A stretch of DNA of 59,848 nt, filler included, from Sluysia triapertura (Eukaryota): the NCBI GenBank assembly GCA_046118255.1. It is 4 parts of 4 records of this genome, joined end to end, with 100 filler letters (N's around TTAATTAATTAA, not from the genome) between each part and the next. Parts side by side here need not be neighbours in the genome. Positions count along the whole stretch, not along the records: positions 48,065 to 59,848 come from JBJNIA010155936.1; 3 more parts are not named here. The stretch is one strand, 5' to 3'. The translations under genes and the position numbers were made by a program. Positions 51,536 through 59,848 of the stretch are shown here, piece by piece. Under the pieces are notes generated by a model that worked only from the letters and a program-made list of their open reading frames with translations, did no database searches and was not told the DNA's origin. The number at the start of each line of letters is the position of its first letter. Position 1 is the first letter of the stretch.

Positions 51536-51985
51536 TTAAGGGGGTATAGAACCCTTACACCATTTATATGGGGTACAATGATAAGCTTTATCTATTGTTA
51601 TTAAAATAATTAGTTCATTTAATTTATTAGAAATAAAATAAGGACATTCAAAAAGTTTATTAACAAAAATGGATAATGAAACATTAAAAGTTTGTTCAAT
51701 AACAAGAAAATGTTTAATCCAAGAATAATTATTTTTATTTGAATATGCCGCGAGAGTAAAAAAATCAATTTTTCTGTATAAAATTACAAAATTATAATCA
51801 TAGTAGTCATTAATTATTAATGGTAAAACAAAAATAAAATTAACTTTAGGAAAATTCTTGTTATAAAGGTAAGCTGTATGGTGTATATGTATGGAAAAGG
51901 TTTTATGAAAAATAACTTCGGACACCATTTTTTGTAAAATGGGTCTGTTCGGTTTTACTATTACCTGAACAATTATAAAATACAA
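51536..51985 (-). CDS. Possible orphan exon or ORF, 149 codons
   Basis: Long open frame for such AT-rich DNA, with a plausible acceptor (TTTTATAATTGTTCAG) near its start. No recognised motif. Confidence 0.3.
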   Translation of the reverse strand: MYFIIVQVIVKPNRPILQKMVSEVIFHKTFSIHIHHTAYLYNKNFPKVNFIFVLPLIINDYYDYNFVILYRKIDFFTLAAYSNKNNYSWIKHFLVIEQTFNVSLSIFVNKLFECPYFISNKLNELIILITIDKAYHCTPYKWCKGSIPP

Positions 51986-52709
51986 ATTTATAGTTTATCG
52001 TTTGGGTTCGCCTACGTCAGTCGATTTACCTAAAAGGACGAATGCGTAGGATTTTTTAAAGCGATGAAAGTTCTAACGAAAGAATGTCACTATATATTCT
52101 TCTAATTTCTACTGCAAAGAATATGTTATTATATATTTAAGCCCTAACTTTATGATGATAAGGTTGATCTTTCTTCTTACTATAATCTCTTACAATTTTT
52201 TAATCTAATATAAATGAATTTAAACTTAACTTTTACTTCTTTATCAAACTAAATCACAATTTACTATTTTACTGAAATCTTAACGCTTAACAATTTTCTT
52301 AAAAAAGATTTAACTTTTCCTCTAAATTCTATCACTTTACTTTTCGTAAAAAACAATAAAAAACAAAATGCCAACTTTTATTAAACACAATTAACTTTAA
52401 ACCTTTAAATAGAAAATAATAAAATTAATAAAACTAAAAATTATTATGTTCGATAAAATTGTAATAATAATAATAATAAAATTTTTGAGTTTGAGTAGAT
52501 TTTAACTCGGAGTGGTTAACTGCGAGTGCTTATCGTTTAAAAAAGATTTTTAGTGTATTTTGAAACCGTATTTACTAGGGTTTATAACTTAATATTAATA
52601 AGCTTACTATATCGTTTGTTTCTAATATCAAATCGAAGTTCTGTGGATGAAATCCAAAAGTTTATTCCAAATTGACTATCCAAACGTTTAAATAATCCCA
52701 AATGTTAAC

Positions 52710-52821
52710 TGCTAAATTTGTCTAAAAATTCCAAATGCCAAATTTTCCAAATAAATCGAGTGTAATGCTAAATTTGTCTAAAAATTCCAAATGCCAAATT
52801 TTCCAAATAAATCGAGTGTAA
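52710..52821. repeat. 56-bp perfect tandem duplication
   Basis: TGCTAAATTTGTCTAAAAATTCCAAATGCCAAATTTTCCAAATAAATCGAGTGTAA occurs twice. Confidence 0.9.
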
Positions 52822-55426
52822 ATTTCTTCACTAGACAGGATTTGTTACCACGTATAAATTTAAAATTATAAATGATCAATTAGCTCCTTTGTGTCTGTAT
52901 AATTCACGTCTATAAATTCTAAAAAATTTTAATTTATTGAAACCTTAAATACCTTTTTAAACTTCCTTAAAATTATAATAACTAAATATTCGAATTTGAA
53001 AAGTGTTTCCAGTTAAATAATAAATAAATAAATAACTATGATAAAAACCTATAAACAATTATAAAAATTAACTAAACTAAATTTTTAATATAAATATTTA
53101 TTATTGTTTTTACCTATAAACAATTATTACATAAATTAATTATTTACTAATTTCCTTTTATAAAATTAACTAAACTAAATTTTAATATAAATATTTATCA
53201 TTGTTTTTAATAATCTGTTTCCGTTACCAATAATTAGATTAATTATTATTATGATTATTATTATTTACAAAAGTTTAAATTTAGATTAATTAAAATTTTT
53301 TAAGATTTTTCTAAAATAAAAATTATTATAGTTATTACTCTTCACAAAAAATTTTTTACAAAATTATTTACAAAGAGTACACCAGAAAAAGCAATGGAAT
53401 TTCATTAACTCAGGAGGAATTGTGTTATTCCTCGAAGAGAAATCGTTGCAGAAGAAACCAACAACTTTGAATATTATTGGAAATAATTGAGGAGTCGAGA
53501 TAAAGACCTTAACTTGGTCCACAAGCTGGGCTGTAACTTTATGAGTTAGACTAATTAGTAAAAAGAAGAGATAAAAATAAAATATTAAATTTAAAAATAT
53601 TAAATTCTTAAATTAATTTCTTTAGGTAATAAATGATATTTAATATTAATATTAATTTTTTAGAAACAATAAGTTTTTCTTCTTTAAAAAGGGATTAATA
53701 TGTTGCAATGGACCTATACAGAAGGAACTTATTGATTTATAATATTATTTCAAATGAATCCTATGGCGGTTAAGTTTCTGTGACTTCATTAGATTTCATG
53801 TTTAATTATTGCAGAATATCATATGTCACATTTTGTCTTTACTATTACTCAGGGATACTTCTACATAACGTTGTTTGATTGTTCTTTTTGTTTTCTTGTT
53901 AAACTACAATGGGAAATTTAAATTTATTCATAGTCCTCATTTTCTATTCCTCATTGTAATTTTATGACATTATTTTTTGAATTATCTGAAATTGTATTAA
54001 TAACAATTTAATACCTGTATATAACTATTTATTGTCGCGAATATAATTTATTATCATAATATGTATTCTTCCATGATAAATATTACAGATATTTATCAAT
54101 TTTGGAAGCCACAAACATAATTTTACCTGCCAATAAACTGTTCGCAGGCATAATATACTCACTTCTGCCAAATAACCATAAAGTTTCGTCCAAAAATACA
54201 CCTATAATTCCCTTAGAATAACTAATAATTAATTTAGCGTAGTCAAAATCCAACACTCCTTTAAGCTGTAATAATAGGTGAATTTCCATTATGTCTTCAA
54301 ACATTTTCTTATGAAGATATCGAATTTATTTTATCCTAACTCAACACCTTCATTATACGGACTATATGATTTTGTCTATGGTGACTCCTGCTGGATTAGA
54401 TAAATGATCTACAAATCCTTTTAATTCATTATCAGTCAAAAAGAATTGATTCATTGCGGAAACCACACGCCCCGCGTCTTTTAATATCATTTATTAACCA
54501 TTGGTCTTTTAGCACTATGATAATGATTATCTGCACATATAATGTAGACTATATTTTGTGGAGATGATGTTGATTGAGTTTTTATCATTTTCTTGATTTT
54601 CACTATTTTGAATCATTATCCGTTAGACCTCTTCATTTTTTCAAAGCATTTTTGTGAATTAGCAATCGATTATTATTTTCAAGGAAACATTTTTAAATCC
54701 ACATACTTAATTTAATACTTAATTTAATTATTTTACATTTTTCCAAATTTAAATAATAACGGATAAAGATTTCGTAATTAAATAAAGAATAAATAATTTA
54801 AAAATAACTATAAATATTATTAAATTTTATATATTTAACATTAAGAATTAATGGAAATTTTATGTTCCATAATTTTCTAACAATTAGTCGTAATTTACAA
54901 CACCGTCTACAAAAGTTACTGTAACGGTGATTTTAAAATGTTTAGTGATAATATAAATGCGTACTTTTCACTCATAATTTTTGTGTCAGAGATGAAAGTT
55001 CAGTTAAAATCACTACGAAGATTTCACAAAAAATTCTATTCAAAATTAAAATTAAATTATAAATACAAATTGAATGTTAATCATACTTAAAATTGTTCAT
55101 TGCATTTTAATATTAAGGAAATATATTATTTTAATTAGTGTTTAGCAGAATATCCAGAAATAATTTGTAGTTAATCGATCACTAATCTCTTTTCGGTTAT
55201 TCCAAATCGAAAACAATATCTTTTTTGATCGCAAATTAAATAAGTGTTAATTTTTTAATTATGATTACTGAATCGAATGTATGTTTTTTCTCCTCTAGTT
55301 TATTGCGTATTTAAAAGGTGTACAGCTTAAGCTCATGATAATTTTTTGTCAAGCCCTAAAATATTAATTAATATTCGATACCATGACCAATGCTGTACAA
55401 TATTTATTATTTAAAATATGGGCTAC

Positions 55427-55575
55427 NNNNNNNNNNNNNNNNNNNNNNNNNNNNNNNNNNNNNNNNNNNNNNNNNNNNNNNNNNNNNNNNNNNNNNNNNN
55501 NNNNNNNNNNNNNNNNNNNNNNNNNNNNNNNNNNNNNNNNNNNNNNNNNNNNNNNNNNNNNNNNNNNNNNNNNNN
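55427..55575. other. Assembly gap (plain N run)
   Basis: About 149 N. Confidence 0.97.
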
Positions 55576-58500
55576 TTACTAATGTAATATGATGTATGAT
55601 AGACATCATACAAATATTATTTAGTGCAGATTCATAAAATTTTCATAATTATTTTTAGTCTCGTATTTTTGACATCCTACTGTTTTGTTTGATTTTGTAG
55701 TTATAATTTAGTGTTTTTTGAAACTTTATTTTGCTTTGTAAAAATTAATCAAAAATATTTTTTGTGATAATTTTCATTGTATTTAATTACATTAATAATT
55801 TCGTATATTATCAAATGTTTACTAATTTAAATCTTGAGAATTAAAATTTGCAAAATTTATTTGATTTAAACACTTGAGTTTGTTTTTATTATTTATTTAA
55901 TTTTTATTAACTTAAACAAATGATTGAAAATTATTTTTGTGAATAGCATTTATATTCTATTTTTACCTATTTTAATTCAATGTAAATGGTGTATCTACAT
56001 TTTAAACTGTAAATACAAGCCAATTCACAAATAATACTGAAAGTACACGTATCTGTAGCTATGAAAACCATATTGAAACGTAGATTCTATACAATTTACA
56101 ATAGTAACGCAGATCTAAATGTTGTGCTATTTTATTTTTGAACCAGAAAATTCTGTATGTAATTGCTTAATCTAATAATGTTGTACTTGAAATTTATCTT
56201 TGCGGGGTCACAAATCACTTAACTGAAAACTTAAATTGAATTAATAATTCTGTAATACATTATAGAATTATAGATGTTAATGAATGATGCTAATTCTAAA
56301 ATAAATTTGAATACTAAGAAAATTAAATAAGATAAAAAACGTTAATGAATGAAAACGAACATGCTAATGATTGATGATATTAATGTATTAAGATATTAAG
56401 ATATTGCGAAGTGTGGAATTAATAAAGGAATTATTGTTAAAGTTTTAGTGAGGACTTTTTATTTTTTAAATTGTTAAAAAATAATTATAATTAATTTGAA
56501 GAAAATTCTAAAACTTTAACAATTAGTTTAACAACAATTTTATTTATTTGCTTGAAAATTTAAATTTTTAATTGGACAAAAACCTTAGGCTTATGCCTTT
56601 AACGAATATCAAAAAATTTAATATAAACAAATTAACTAAATTAACCAGAATTTTTTTATTAAAAAACAAAGAAATGAAGGATAACGCACAGAATAAATTT
56701 ATAGGTATTTATTCAAATAGCTACGGATGAAAAAAAAATTTAATGATTAAAGAAGGGTAATCGTGACAGTTTTGTGTAAAACAATTGTTTTAATTGGATT
56801 GGATTTTATTTGAAATGAATTACAAAACTAAATACCAATTATTTAAACTGAATCATCTTGGGTTTAGAACAAAAATCAAACCGTTTTCGTATGTAGCTTA
56901 ACATCGATATTACAACTGTAAAACCATGGTAATTACAAATTATGATTGCGTTTATGTTTTGAATGTTTAGTATTTTATTTATGTAAGGAATGTTGATTTG
57001 TGATGAAATGTGTTTATGATTGTGATCTGTAGATTTAGAGTTCACTACAAAAGTAAATGAATGATAAATTAAAAACAGCATTCACTACAATTTATTATGC
57101 TAATAAATGAAAATAAATGGATGTTGCTGATTAATAAAACAATATTAGATTAATATTATGCTAATAAATGAAAGTAATGAATGATTGATTATTATGATTT
57201 ATATTATAAATTAATTAAAATACTATGAAATGTATTATAAAATTTCTGTGCATTAGTAAATGTAAGCTGAGTAAAATGTGTATTATTGATTAGTAAAATA
57301 AATGTATATGGTTAGAAAATTCTATATCGAATAATACATATTTGAATGAATAAATGTTTGAAAATGTATGCTGTGTTTTAATAGAAGTAACTTTAAGTTG
57401 TGTGTTCCTCATGATAGTCTTACTCATTTAAGGGCTAAAGCGTAAGTGAAGTATAAAATAAGATCAGAAATCAAAAAATGAATTGTTCTGGAAGACTAAA
57501 GCTTCGTGAAAGATCTACTGTCTTCTTGTGATGGCAAGTTTATAAATTCAGATTTTACTTAACATTCCAATTAAACAGGATCTACGATAAAAATTTTAAA
57601 TATTAAGTCGATTATATATGTTATATTTTAAAGATATTTTGAAACTATGTAAGTTATCACTACGGAAGATTTGAATTGTAAAAAATAATGTAACTAATCG
57701 GTTTATATTATGATAAACAAAATTTTAAAATAATTATGACAATAGATATAGCTTAATTAATATAACAATATATAATAACCTTAAAAGGTTGATAATTTAA
57801 TTTATAAATGATGTGATTATATTTTACAAGAATTTAAATTCTTGAAAACTTATAAATTTAAACTAAGATAACGGAAAACTTGTGAAATAATTGTCCAGGT
57901 AAATTATAATCGAAGCATCCTCTTGAGAAGAATTTCTGAAAGTCCATGCTTGTGCCAATTAATTGTCCCAATAAATTATAATCGGTACTTTGCCAAATAA
58001 TCGAATAATTGACGAGTCTCGAGAATTAAAAACTTCTTATGTTTAATACTTATGTTTTGTAATTGTGTTTTTGTTGTCAAGTATGTATTTATATACTCAT
58101 TTCTCACCAGTAAAACAAAACATTAACAAAATTAGATAAGTTTTTTAAAATTTTAAAATAAATTACATCTTTTTAATTTTTTAGGAAAATTCTCTTTTTT
58201 ATAAAATTAAAAAATTCTTCATTTTATTTTTTGAAATTGAATTAATTACATAATAAAATTCAGTTGCAAAATTACTGATCAAATATAAATGACATGAAGC
58301 ATACAGTATACACACACTAGTGAATATAAATAGCATATTGACATATATATAAATAGCATATTGACGAAGTGAATATATTGACATGAAAAGTAATGATAAA
58401 TGAATATATGAAATATTATGCTACTGATTAAAATAAATGCTACTAAAATATTACTGATTAAATGAATGTTACTGAATCCAAAATAGTAAATTTTACTAAC

Positions 58501-59631
58501 AAACAAATTTAGTTTAAATGTTAAGTAGTTTGAGCGGCTAATATCTGCAAAATAAATTACTTTTTCATATATAAAAAATATGCAGGAATTTAATAGGAAA
58601 TAACTTATGCTAATAACTTATGCATTAATGAATTTTATTAACAATAATGCTTTGAATTTTTATAGTTAATATATAATTAATGGATTATGAATTTGAATAA
58701 TAATTTATAAATTTTATTTATTGATGAATTTTTAATAGTTTATGCATTTAATGGATTACGCATTTATAAAATTTTAAATCTGCTATTTTCAATTATTTGA
58801 TAAAGATTGTGTATTGATTGAATCGAACAATAGATTTGGTAATCGATTTAAAGAAACAATTTTCACACACGTGAGTAGTTGATTATTTATTAAACATCCT
58901 GCTATAAGTATGTAGATATAAAATTTATCATCAAACTTTTTGTGTATAAAACAAATTTTGTGTTGTTCATAATTGAAACTATTTATTGTGTTATTTAAAT
59001 AAAATCTTCGTTTGAATTTTTACAGGGCAATGAGAAATAAAGTTTGAAAGACTAAGACTCCCATTTTTAAGAACAGAGACCACTATTGAACCAAGCATTC
59101 AGACTTAGATTATAAAAGTTAAATCGATTTTAAATAAATAGAAGTGAATTAAACAAAATTACGCAAATTTACAAAGTTAGATTTAAACAAAGTAGTAACC
59201 ATTGAAATATTTTATAGTGCTAAAATTGCAAGGAAAATTTTATATTAAATTAAAAGTTACTCGATTAAGGTCACCATAATATTCCAGATTTAAGCAATTA
59301 TAATAAATAAATTTTGAGTAATTTGAGTAAAAAGAATTAAGAAGACATAAAACTTAAACGGAAAATACAATCAACCAAAAACATTTTCTTATAAAGTTAT
59401 AATTAATTTAACATGTTAGACTTCAAAACCATATGATGCTTGCATTTTAAGAAGTTACTGCTGATTTTAAGAATTAAACAAATTTAAAAACAATTAAAAT
59501 TTACTAAATTAATATTGTAAATGAAAATTTTCATATTTTAAAGTAATATTTGTAAAAAAAACTTTTGTTCATAAAAATAAATTTAGAATATAATATGTTA
59601 AGTTGCTATCACAACCCTTTAACATCTTTAA

Positions 59632-59701
59632 CCCCTTAACGCGCAGAAACGTATTAACATGGGCGTGCACGTATTTTTTAAAAAAATTGTGCATTAAGGG
59701 G
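59632..59701. mobile_element. 70-bp piggyBac-type MITE
   Basis: TTAA|CCCCTTAACGCGCA ... TGTGCATTAAGGGG|TTTAA: 14-bp TIR with 2 mismatches and TTAA-like flanks. Confidence 0.7.
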
Positions 59702-59772
59702 TTTAAAAATACAAAATTAAAGTTAATTTTCCAAAAATTGAATAAATTTTCGAAAAAAAGAATTATCTAGAA

Positions 59773-59848
59773 CAGGGGTCTTCAACCTGGGTTCCGCGGA
59801 ACCCTAGGGTTCCCTGGAACGTTGACAGGGGTTCCGCAACTGATTAAG
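59773..59848. mobile_element. Terminus of a hAT-Charlie-type element running off the window
   Basis: CAGGGGTCTTCAACCT terminus, preceded by ATCTAGAA, which fits the NTCTAGAN Charlie target consensus. It is followed by GGGTTCCGCGGAACCC subterminal palindromes. Confidence 0.75.

Noticed and set aside
55364-55613. ORFs spanning N runs (also 47834-48016)
   Set aside because: Artefacts of assembly gaps.

Overview
Very AT-rich eukaryotic (metazoan-type) scaffold segment stitched from at least five contigs: three 100-bp gaps carry an artificial N44-TTAATTAATTAA-N44 linker, and there is one plain N gap. Two spliced host genes can be reconstructed by hand, both 3'-incomplete. One is a copper-transporting P1B ATPase (ATP7-like; exons 2589-6386, +). 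The other is RNA 3'-terminal phosphate cyclase (RTCA; exons 28509-29227, +). Both contain tiny 33-49 bp GT-AG introns, suggesting a compact-intron invertebrate (orthonectid-like is only a guess). The rest is mostly decayed mobile DNA: hAT (Charlie/Buster-type), piggyBac, MITEs, dispersed AT-rich repeats and microsatellites. The most interesting system is a family of NeSL/Utopia-like non-LTR retrotransposons (Ulp1-type cysteine protease, zinc finger, RT, REL endonuclease), present as one near-complete decayed copy and two fragments. Two divergent copies with unrelated 3' UTRs both end at the same point of a tRNA-like 3' half followed by TTTT, which suggests tRNA-gene-targeted insertion. Two copies also share an upstream layout: ORF-like region, structured GC-rich spacer, pyrimidine tract/AG, protease frame. 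All alignments, translations and folds were done by eye.
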